DNA of 64,000 nucleotides, taken from contig CAVWPX010000008.1 of the NCBI GenBank assembly GCA_963757055.1, forward strand, positions 144,298-208,297, read 5' to 3'. Origin of the DNA: an uncultured Chloroflexia bacterium (GTDB lineage Bacteria; Chloroflexota; Limnocylindria; Limnocylindrales; CSP1-4). Every line of letters starts with the position of its first letter. Position 1 is the first letter of the stretch. Below, one piece after another: positions 53,791-62,037 of the stretch. Below the pieces are notes generated by a model. It saw nothing but the letters and a program-made list of their open reading frames with translations, did no database searches and was not told where the DNA came from. The translations under genes and the position numbers were made by a program.

Positions 53791-54530
53791 CCGACGGGCC
53801 GACGCTCGCCATCGTCCTGCCCGTCTACAACGAGGGTCCGGCGGTCGAGCCCGTCCTGCGCGCCCTGACGGCCGGCGTCCGGACGCCGCACGAGCTCATC
53901 GTCGTGTACGACTTCGACGAGGACACGACCGTCCCGGTGATCGCCCGGCTCGAAGGCGAGCTGCCTGGCCTCCGCGGTGTCCGCAACGACCTCGGGCGAG
54001 GCGTGCTCAACGCCATGAAGGCGGGCATCGCGGCGACGACCGCGCCGTACGTCCTGATCTCCATGGCCGACGGGTCCGACGAGCCGCAGGTGGTCGACCC
54101 GATGGTGGCCCTGGCGGTCGGCGGGGCGGACGTCGTCTCGGCGTCGCGGTACATGCGCGGCGGGCGACAGGTCGGCGGGCCGCTGCTGAAGCGGACCCTG
54201 AGCCGGGCCGCGGGCCTGAGCCTGCACTGGTTCGGCGGCGTGGCGACGCACGACCCCACCAACAACTTCAAGCTCTACGCGAGGCGCTTCCTCGATTCGG
54301 TCACGATCGAGAGCACGGCCGGCTTCGAGCTCGCGCTCGAGCTGACCGTCAAGGCGACGCTCTCCGGACGCACGGTCGCCGAGGTGCCCACGACCTGGCG
54401 CGACCGGACCGCCGGGACGAGCAACTTCAAGCTCCGCAAGTGGCTGCCGCACTACCTGCACTGGTACTGGACGGCCTTCCGCGGCCGCTTCGCCGGCTGG
54501 CGACGCGACGGGCATGGCATCGTCGGCTAG
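53787..54530 (+). CDS. GT2 polyprenyl-phosphate sugar synthase-like glycosyltransferase.
   Basis: LAIVLPVYNEGPAV...LIVVYDFDEDTT...ISMADGSDEP...TNNFKLY.... ATGA overlap with the epimerase. Confidence 0.85.
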   Translation: MTDGPTLAIVLPVYNEGPAVEPVLRALTAGVRTPHELIVVYDFDEDTTVPVIARLEGELPGLRGVRNDLGRGVLNAMKAGIAATTAPYVLISMADGSDEPQVVDPMVALAVGGADVVSASRYMRGGRQVGGPLLKRTLSRAAGLSLHWFGGVATHDPTNNFKLYARRFLDSVTIESTAGFELALELTVKATLSGRTVAEVPTTWRDRTAGTSNFKLRKWLPHYLHWYWTAFRGRFAGWRRDGHGIVG

Positions 54531-55299
54531 CCCCACCGACATCGCGAGCCTCGGGGTCGAGACCGGTCGATCCGGCCCGCTCGTGGCCGCCGGGCGGATC
54601 GTGGCGATGGTGCTCATCGGCCTCGGCTGGCTCTGGATCGCGCTGGCGATCTTCTGGAGCCTGTCGAGCCCGTCGTTCGGGCTGGACTACCGCTGGCACG
54701 TCGAGGCGGCCCAGCGCCTGCTCGACACCGGAACGCCGTACCTGCCCTTCGAGCTGAGCGGGCCGTTCGTCATCGGCGATGGCGCGATCCTCTACCCGCC
54801 GACCGCGTTCCTCCTGTTCATCCCGTTCATCTGGCTCCCCGCCGTGCTGTGGTGGGCGATCCCGATCGCCGTCACCGCGTATGGCATCTGGTGGCACCGG
54901 CCGCCGCTGTGGGCGTGGGTGGTCATCACGGGCCTGTTCGCGCTCGAGAAGTCCATCAACGTCTACGTCTTCGGCAACCCGTCGATGTGGATCGTCGCGG
55001 CGATCGCGGCCGGCAGCGTCTGGCGCTGGCCGTTCGTCTTCGTGCTTGCCAAGCCGACCTTCGCGCCCATCGCGCTGCTCGGCGCCCGGCGACGCAGCTG
55101 GTGGATCGCGCTTGGCGTGCTCGCTGTGGCCTCCATCCCGTTCCTCCCGGTCTGGCTCGACTGGCTGACCGTCGTCCGCAACTCCGACGTCTCGCTGCTG
55201 TACAACCTCCCGACGCTCCCGCTCATGCTGGCGCCGCTCGTGGCGTGGGCGACGGGCCGAGATCGACCCGCATGGCTGCCGGGTCGCCTGCCGAGGTGA
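54514..55299 (+). CDS. Small polytopic membrane protein, DUF2029/GT87-like (tandem paralogue 1).
   Basis: ...FGLDYRWHVEAAQRLLDTGTPYLP...ILYPPTAFLLFIPF...FGNPSMW...LAKPTFAPIALLGARRRSWW...GRDR. Confidence 0.55.
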   Translation: MASSASPTDIASLGVETGRSGPLVAAGRIVAMVLIGLGWLWIALAIFWSLSSPSFGLDYRWHVEAAQRLLDTGTPYLPFELSGPFVIGDGAILYPPTAFLLFIPFIWLPAVLWWAIPIAVTAYGIWWHRPPLWAWVVITGLFALEKSINVYVFGNPSMWIVAAIAAGSVWRWPFVFVLAKPTFAPIALLGARRRSWWIALGVLAVASIPFLPVWLDWLTVVRNSDVSLLYNLPTLPLMLAPLVAWATGRDRPAWLPGRLPR

Positions 55300-56075
55300 T
55301 CGCGACGAAGCGCTGGCCCGACCGGGCCGGTCTTCGTCGTTGGTCGCCGGTCCGGATCCTGCTCGTGCTTGCGACCGGCCTCCTCGTGGCCGAGGTCGTC
55401 ATCTCCTTCACGCTCGTCCGCGACGCCGGGGAGCTCTGGATCGACTACACGTTCTACCGGCAGATCGGCGTCCGCTGGCTCGCCGACGGGACCTACTACC
55501 TGCCCCATCAGCTGACCGGCGTGCCGTACGGCCTCGTGCCCATGCAGGACGTCCTCTACCCGCCGACGGCGCTGTTCCTGTTCGTGCCGCTCACGGTCGT
55601 GCCCGCGGTCGTGTGGTGGATCGTGCCGGTCGGCGTGCTGGCCGCCACGACGTGGCTGTGGCGTCCCAGGCCGCTGGCCCTGCTCGCCATGCTCCTGCTG
55701 CTCATGTGGCCGCGCGCGGAGTCGGCCTTCATCTTCGGCAACTCGGACATGTGGATGGCCGCTGCGGTCGCCGCGGGCCTGCGCTGGGGCTGGCCCGCGC
55801 TCCTGCTGGTCGTCAAGCCCATCTTCCTGCCCCTCGCCGCCCTGGGCGCGGATCGGATCTCGTGGTGGGTCGGCGCCGGCCTGATCGTGGTCGTGAGCCT
55901 CGCCATGCTGCCGCTGTGGTCGCAGTACATCGTCGCGATCCGCAGCCTGCGAATCGGCCTCGACTACTCGATCGGCAGCCTGCCGCTGCTCCTCGTGCCG
56001 ATCATGGGCTGGCTGGGACGGGACCGGACGCGGGACCCGAGAGCCCGTCATGCGGAGCCGTCCCCGACTGCGTGA
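55272..56075 (+). CDS. Small polytopic membrane protein, DUF2029/GT87-like (tandem paralogue 2).
   Basis: ...LWIDYTFYRQIGVRWLADGTYYLP...VLYPPTALFLFVPL...FGNSDMW...VVKPIFLPLAALGADRISWW...GRDR. The start (ATG 55272 or GTG 55296) is uncertain. Confidence 0.55.
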   Translation: MAAGSPAEVIATKRWPDRAGLRRWSPVRILLVLATGLLVAEVVISFTLVRDAGELWIDYTFYRQIGVRWLADGTYYLPHQLTGVPYGLVPMQDVLYPPTALFLFVPLTVVPAVVWWIVPVGVLAATTWLWRPRPLALLAMLLLLMWPRAESAFIFGNSDMWMAAAVAAGLRWGWPALLLVVKPIFLPLAALGADRISWWVGAGLIVVVSLAMLPLWSQYIVAIRSLRIGLDYSIGSLPLLLVPIMGWLGRDRTRDPRARHAEPSPTA

Positions 56076-57286
56076 GCCGCACCGTCACGACGGTGAGGAC
56101 CAGGATCGCGACCGAGCCGGCCACGCCGAGCCAGCCGTCGACGGGGAGGAGCGCGCCGATCTCCGGCGTCGGGGGCACCGCCGCGAGCAGGTTCAGCGTG
56201 AAGACGATGCCGAAGGCGAGCCCCAGCCAGCGCACGCGCGCCTCGGGGATCAGCAGCATGAAGAAGACGAGCGCGCCGTACGCATAGCGCTCGTGCATCG
56301 AGGTCAGGAAGCAGAAGGCGACCAGCGTCGCCGCCGCGAGACCGAGCACCAGCGTCCGCGGTCGCGGGTCGCGCAGGATCGCGAGCGCGACGACGATCTC
56401 CAGGATGCCCGTCACGAGGAACCCGACATGCCGGAGCGTGATCGGCCCGAGGAACGCCTGGTCGTCGGCGATGAAGCCGCCGCCGGCGAACAGCGACTGC
56501 ACCAGCCACCACAGGTTCCAGGCCCGGAGCGACAGGATGTTGAAGATGTCGCCCTGGTACTCGGCCAGGTTGTGGAGGTAGTTCGCCGGTCCGCCCGCCG
56601 GGATGAACGGCAGCCAGAGCACGACGATCACGGCCAGGCCGATCAGCCCGGCCCGCACCAGGCCGCGCCACCCGCCGGTCGCCCAGAACCAGGCCGCGAA
56701 CGGGCAGCAGGAACGGCAGGACCTGCGGCTTGGTCATGAGCGCGACCGCGAGCAGCGCGGCGGCGGCGCCGTTGCGACCGTGGACGGCGCACAGCACCGC
56801 GGCCAGCGCGGACAGCATGTAGATCGACTCGTACTGGCCCCACCAGGCGCTGATGTCGATGACGGCGGGGTGCAGCAGGATGGCGGCCGCACCGATCGCC
56901 GCCCACCACGGCCGGTCGCGCAGGGCGAAGGCCACGAGCGCCGCCAGGCCGAGGTCGGCCAGCGACGCCGGTGTCTTCATCAGGGCCCGGATCGCCGGGT
57001 CCGACGAATCCGTCACCGTCTTGAAGGCTGGCTCGATCGCCGCGAGGACGCCCCAGACGTAGGCCATGACCGGCGGGAACGAGAGGTTCTGGTCGTAGGC
57101 GTGGGGCAGGCCGTTCACGGCGATGCCGTGCGTCCAGAGGACGAAGACGTCGAGGTCCCCGGTCAGCCCGGGCGTGGGCAGCAGCAGCGCCCGGATGACG
57201 ATGCCGGCGACGAGGGCGGCGATGCCCACCACGATCGCGGCGACCGGCCGAGCCGCGGGGTCCGCCTCGAGCCGGCGGTCGCTCAC
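56002..57286 (-). CDS. GT-C membrane mannosyltransferase-like protein (Gpi18/PIG-V-like, COG5542-type). The frame is interrupted near 56660-56700.
   Basis: VSDRRLE...LTGDLDVFVLWTHGIAVNGLPHAYDQNLSFPPVMAYVWG...LADLGLAALV...MTKPQVLPFLLP continues as ...IPAGGPANYLHNLAEYQGDIFNILSLRAWNLWW...LTSMHERYAYGALVFF... (ORF 56002..56658). Confidence 0.6.
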
Positions 57287-57287
57287 G

Positions 57288-58361
57288 TCAGACGCGGCCG
57301 GAGATCCAGTACCGTTCCGCCGATCCGTCGACCTCGCCGTACTCGGCGATCGTCCGTGCGTACGCCCGCACGGCATCGGCCATCGCCCGCGTGCCGTCGA
57401 AGAGCCGCTCGATCTGGCTGGCGTACAGGTCGATGCCCATGATCTTGCGCTCGAGCTGGTCGGTGATGTCCGCGAAGGTCGGCGACATCGAGACGCCCGC
57501 CGGGAACGCGTCGAGGATGTCCGCGCCCAGGTCCTGCGGTCCCTTGAAGTCGGACCAGAAGGCGTACGGGAAGTCCTCGTAGAACGTCACGATGCCTGCG
57601 TAGTCGGGCCCCGGCATGACCCAGCGGTAGCCCTCCTGGAGCAGGCGCAGGCCGACGTCGCGGCAGAGCTGGTGGTCGACGTGCCCGCCGACGCCGAGCG
57701 GGAAGTACACCTTCTGCGGCTCGAGCCGGGCGATCTCGCGGCGGAGCAGCTCGTACGGGGCGGTGTCGTCGGGCCGCGGCGCGCCGAGGAGCTGGTCGTC
57801 GCCCTCGTAGCCGCGGAAGACCGCGTCCGGGAGGTCGAGGAACACGATCGACGCCTCGGCGAAGTAGGCGAACCGCTCGTCCTCGATCCGGCGCCGGGCC
57901 ATCAGGTCGCCGGCCGCCGCCGCGTCCATGACGTCGTCGGTGTAGATCGCGCCCTGTGTCGGCACGTCGTCGATGACCGGCTGCTCCGCGAGCGACTCGT
58001 TGCGGACGCTGGCGCGGCGGTACCACGACGACCGCTGCCAGAACCGCTTGGCGGCGGCATCGGCGTCGGCCTGGGTGGCCTCGAGGCGGTCCTCGGTCGC
58101 CGCCCACGACGGGACGAGGGCGGCGGTCGGCCAGTCGGCCTGGATGTCGCTGCGGTTGAACGCCTCGGTCACCGGCCACATCGCCTTCGACCCGAAGCCG
58201 AGCGCCTCGCGCTGGTAGGTCGTCAGGTCGTCGCTGGCGCCGTCGCCGGAGAACACCGTGATGACGGTCACGTTCTGACCGAGCTCGCGGAGGCTGGCGA
58301 TCAGACCGCCGCAGGAGAGGGCGACGTCGTCCGGGTGCGGCGCGACGAAGACGTGGGTCAT
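57288..58361 (-). CDS. PIG-L/LmbE-family N-acetylglucosaminyl deacetylase with a long insertion.
   Basis: MTHVFVAPHPDDVALSCGGLIASL...(PDD motif)...GVGGHVDHQLC (HxDH). The ORF is 357 aa and intact. Confidence 0.82.
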   Translation of the reverse strand: MTHVFVAPHPDDVALSCGGLIASLRELGQNVTVITVFSGDGASDDLTTYQREALGFGSKAMWPVTEAFNRSDIQADWPTAALVPSWAATEDRLEATQADADAAAKRFWQRSSWYRRASVRNESLAEQPVIDDVPTQGAIYTDDVMDAAAAGDLMARRRIEDERFAYFAEASIVFLDLPDAVFRGYEGDDQLLGAPRPDDTAPYELLRREIARLEPQKVYFPLGVGGHVDHQLCRDVGLRLLQEGYRWVMPGPDYAGIVTFYEDFPYAFWSDFKGPQDLGADILDAFPAGVSMSPTFADITDQLERKIMGIDLYASQIERLFDGTRAMADAVRAYARTIAEYGEVDGSAERYWISGRV

Positions 58362-58416
58362 GGCCGGCCGAGTATACCGAGGGCGACCGGGCGCCCGTGA
58401 CGCTGGCGGGCCGCGG

Positions 58417-59094
58417 TCACCCCGCGTAGCCGCCTTCGCCGACGAGCGGCACGAACACGCAGGCGCCGTCGGGCACGTCGGTCCACTCGTTCCCGTGCCG
58501 GGTCACCACGGTCAGCATCTGGCGGTCACGCGGCCCGACCGGGATGACCAGGCGAGCGCCGTCGGCCAGCTGGTCGCGCAGGGTCGTCGGGACGACGGGC
58601 GCGGCCGCGGCGACCAGGATCCCGTCCCACGGGGCGCCATCGGGCCAGCCGAGGCTGCCATCGGCCACCACGACCTCGACCGCGTCGCCGTAGCCGAGTC
58701 CCTCGAGCCGCGCCCTGGCCGACGCGGCGAGGTCCGCGTGTCGCTCGATGGTCGTCACGCGGCAGCCGAGGGCCGCGAGGATCGCGGCCTGGTAGCCGGA
58801 GCCGGTGCCGATCTCGAGGACGCGGTCCCCGGGCCGCGTGGCCAGCAGCTCGGTCATGCGGGCGACCATGAACGGCTGGCTGATCGTCTGGCCGAGCTCG
58901 ATCGGGAGGGCCTCGTCGTCGTAGGCGCGCCGCGGGTCGGCGACGTCGACGAACCGCTCGCGTGGCACCTCGCCCATCACCCTCAGGACCCGCTCGTCAC
59001 GGATGCCGCGGCGGCGCAGCTGGTCGGCCACCATCCGCTCACGAGCGCGCCGGATGCGGTCCTCGGTCTTCGCGTCGGCCTGCTGGCCGTCCAT
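58417..59094 (-). CDS. pcm: Protein-L-isoaspartate O-methyltransferase.
   Basis: ...RERFVDVADPRRAYDDEALPIELGQTISQPFMVARMTELL...VLEIGTGSGYQAAILAAL...LVIPVG.... ATG 59094 was chosen within the longer ORF 58417..59844. Confidence 0.92.
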   Translation of the reverse strand: MDGQQADAKTEDRIRRARERMVADQLRRRGIRDERVLRVMGEVPRERFVDVADPRRAYDDEALPIELGQTISQPFMVARMTELLATRPGDRVLEIGTGSGYQAAILAALGCRVTTIERHADLAASARARLEGLGYGDAVEVVVADGSLGWPDGAPWDGILVAAAAPVVPTTLRDQLADGARLVIPVGPRDRQMLTVVTRHGNEWTDVPDGACVFVPLVGEGGYAG

Positions 59095-59123
59095 GCCGCG
59101 AGGATACGCTCGCGGCGCGCCGC

Positions 59124-59844
59124 TCAGGACGGGCTGGGCGAGGCGCTGGGCGCGGCCGATGGCGAGGCCGACGCACTTGGGGCCTCGGACGGGCTCGGCG
59201 CAGCCGATGGACTGGCCGATGCCGACGCGGACGGGGAGGCCGACGTCCCGGCCGAGCTCGATGCGCTCGGCGACGCCGACGAGCTGGGGCTCGCGGTGAC
59301 GATCGGGGTTGGCTTCGGTGTCGGCGTGCCGGTGATCAGGCCGCCGTTCCCGAAGAGGATCGCCATTCAGCAGGATGCCCACGAAGATCAGGACCGTCGC
59401 GATCACGAAGATCCGCGAGGCGTTGTCGGTGACGCGGACCGCCAGCTCGGACGGCGTGGGCGTCTTGGTCGTGGCGGCCGGCTGGCCCCGCTGGCGCGCG
59501 GCGGCACCCGCGGCCGCACCGGCGACGACCGCCGTGGCCGCGTCGTCCTCGAGGTCGTCGTCCTCGGACGCATCGTCCGCCTCGTCCGCCTCGGCCTCTG
59601 CTTCGGCTTCGTCGTCCAGGGCTTCGTCGGCGTCGTCCGCGACTGGCTCCCTCGGGCTCGGCCTCCGGCTCCGGCTCGGGCTCCGGCTCGGGCTCGCCGG
59701 CTCGGGCGCAGCCGCGGGCTCCTCGGCCGGCGCGTCGGGTGTCGGCTCCGTGGGCGGCTCGGCCCCGGGCGCCTCGTCGTCCGCCGCGACGTCGGTCGCC
59801 GGCTCGAGCGTCTCGTCCGTCGAGCCCTCGGGTCGATCAGTCAT
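59124..59844 (-). CDS. Low-complexity membrane-anchored protein with an acidic N-terminus, one TM helix and a Ser/Pro/Ala-rich tail. The frame is uncertain.
   Basis: MTDRPEGSTDETLEPATDVAADDEAPGAEPP...DDEAEAEAEADEADDASEDDDLEDD...RIFVIATVLIFVGILLNG is followed, in ORF 59124..59366, by AILFGNGGLITGTPTPKPTPIVTASPSSSASPSASSSAGTSASPSASASASPSAAPSPSEAPSASASPSAAPSASPSPS*. Confidence 0.45.
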
Positions 59845-59936
59845 CCGTTCGGTTCACTCCTCGCGCCTGCGGGCATCCGTGTCGGCTGCCGGGCACGCGG
59901 GCGCCAGTGTACCCAACGCGCCCGCGGCGGCGTCCG

Positions 59937-61934
59937 TCACGCGTCGCGCAGCGCCGGCACGAACAGGCCGGACAGCCCGGCCACCATCGCGATGAGGCCA
60001 CCGACGGCGATCACCGTCGCGGCCGGGACGAACGCGGTCAGGATCGAGCCGACGCCCATCGCCAGCGTCATCGAGCCGAAGACGAGCGCGAACCGGAAGC
60101 TCACGACGCGGCCCATGAGGTGCGATGGCGTCCGCTGCTGGAAGAGCGCCTGGCTCGGGATGATGAAGGCCATGTTCGCGATGCCGGCACCGAACGAGAT
60201 GCCGACCGCCAGGGTGAGGTCGCCCGACAGCGCGAGCAGGATCGTCAGGAACCCCCAGACCGCGTAGCCCGCGATGATGAGGCGGCCCTTGAGCAACCGG
60301 GACCCGACAAGCCCGATGGCGAGCCCGCCGACGATGTTGCCGGCGGCCGAGCCCGCCTCGACCAGGCCCCAGGCGCCTTCCCAGCCGACCTTGGCGCCGG
60401 AGAAGACCTGGTACGCCCAGATCGACGTGATGGCCAGCAGGATCCCGACGGCGACCTGTGCGATCGCCGCCTGGATCGTGTTCGCCAGGAGGGTCTTGTC
60501 GCCGCGGAGGAAATGCCAGCCGGCACGGAGCTCGGCGACGAAGCCGGTCGTCAGCTGCGCCGGGTCGCTGGCGGAGACCTCGGCGCTGAGGTCACGCGCG
60601 GCGGCGGGCCGGACGACGATCGTCCCGAGAAGGACGGCCGAGGCGAGATACGTCGCGGCGTCGAGCCAGAACGCGAGCGGCAGCGCCTCCGCCAGCAGGA
60701 CCACGAAGATGCCGGCGATCGGGAAGCTCAGGACGTCGGCGATCGTCTCGCCGACCCACAGCGCCGAGTTGGCGGTCACGAGCTCGTCGTCCTCCACCAG
60801 CTGGGGCAGGATCGCGACCCGCGCCGGCCGGAAGAACAGCGAGATCGAGGTGACCACGAAGATCATCGGGTAGACGAGCAGCACGTTCACGATGACCGCC
60901 ACGGGGATCAGCAGGACGACGGCCGCCCGCAGGATGTCGCTGACGATCAGCACCTCCTTCCGGTCCCAGCGGTCGACGAACGTGCCGGCGAGGGGCGAGA
61001 GGAACAGGTTCGGGAGGGCGGCGAAGAAGAACGAGAGGCCGGCGGCCACCGTCGAGCCGGTCGTGGCGAGCACCAGGGCCGCCAGCGCGAACTGGTGGAT
61101 CCGGTCGCCGAAGAGGGAGATCAGCTGCCCGACCCACAGGGCCGAGAAGGACCCGTTGAGCGCCAGGCGGACATACGGGTGGCGCCGGATGCGTGCGGCG
61201 ACCTCCTCGGGCCCGGCGACCGGGATCGTCGAGAGGGCCGGGGACGCCAGGCCGCCACGCCGGCTGCCCACCATGATCTGCCGCTCGAGGGCCGCGGACT
61301 CCGCGAACGCCGGCGACAGGCCGGATCCCCCGGTGTTGATGTCGCCGAGCCGGGAGCTGATGCGCGCGGACTCCTCGTCGTCGAGGTCGCTGGGCACGCG
61401 GACGATGCTGGCGAAGAGGAACAGCGCGAGGCCGGCGGTCAGGAAGACGTCGCCGATCGAGGCGACGTTCCGGATCAGCGGGATCGGGATCGGGATGATG
61501 TCGGCGAGCGGCCCGAGGTGGAGCAGGAACGGCCCCAGCTCCGGCCCGTAGAGCGTGTGGATGGCCGTGGAGACGTCGGCCGGGCCGAGGCCGGCCGCGA
61601 CCAGGCTCGGCTCCCAGATCGGCATGTAGCCGCCGTTGACGACGATGACGAGGCCGTTCGACAGGATGCCGACGAAGGCGAGCGTCAGGCCCGGGTAGGA
61701 GCGGTTGGCCCACAGCCCGACGAGCAGGATCCCGAACGAGGCCGCCAGCAGCGGGAGCCGGAGCGTCTCGATCAGCGGCACGCCGGCGAGCAGGAGGGCT
61801 TCCGTCGCGAAGCGGATGATCACCGCGGCGGCGATCAGCGAGACCCAGCGGAGCCGGACCGACGAGAGGTTGGCGAGACTGCCGCCCGCGAGCAGGCCGA
61901 GGACGAGTCCCAGGAGGATGCCGAGGCTCAGCAC
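59937..61934 (-). CDS. Fusion of an N-terminal DUF5317-like membrane module with an MFS transporter (MFS_3/enterobactin-exporter-like).
   Basis: An intact 665-aa ORF. Residues about 1-190 read ...GILSNGLVIVVNGGYMPIW...NVASIGDVFLTAGLALFLF (DUF5317-like by memory). A linker follows, then 12-TM MFS motifs ...LSPLAGTFVDRWDRKEVLIVSDILRA.... Confidence 0.78.
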   Translation of the reverse strand: MLSLGILLGLVLGLLAGGSLANLSSVRLRWVSLIAAAVIIRFATEALLLAGVPLIETLRLPLLAASFGILLVGLWANRSYPGLTLAFVGILSNGLVIVVNGGYMPIWEPSLVAAGLGPADVSTAIHTLYGPELGPFLLHLGPLADIIPIPIPLIRNVASIGDVFLTAGLALFLFASIVRVPSDLDDEESARISSRLGDINTGGSGLSPAFAESAALERQIMVGSRRGGLASPALSTIPVAGPEEVAARIRRHPYVRLALNGSFSALWVGQLISLFGDRIHQFALAALVLATTGSTVAAGLSFFFAALPNLFLSPLAGTFVDRWDRKEVLIVSDILRAAVVLLIPVAVIVNVLLVYPMIFVVTSISLFFRPARVAILPQLVEDDELVTANSALWVGETIADVLSFPIAGIFVVLLAEALPLAFWLDAATYLASAVLLGTIVVRPAAARDLSAEVSASDPAQLTTGFVAELRAGWHFLRGDKTLLANTIQAAIAQVAVGILLAITSIWAYQVFSGAKVGWEGAWGLVEAGSAAGNIVGGLAIGLVGSRLLKGRLIIAGYAVWGFLTILLALSGDLTLAVGISFGAGIANMAFIIPSQALFQQRTPSHLMGRVVSFRFALVFGSMTLAMGVGSILTAFVPAATVIAVGGLIAMVAGLSGLFVPALRDA

Positions 61935-62037
61935 GGCCGGCGCTCCGGGACGGGTCGAAGGTGCATCGCGAAATCATGCGGCCCGGCGACGGACGCGCGC
62001 AGCCGCGGACGCGCGGCTGGGTGGCTGGCCCGGTGGC

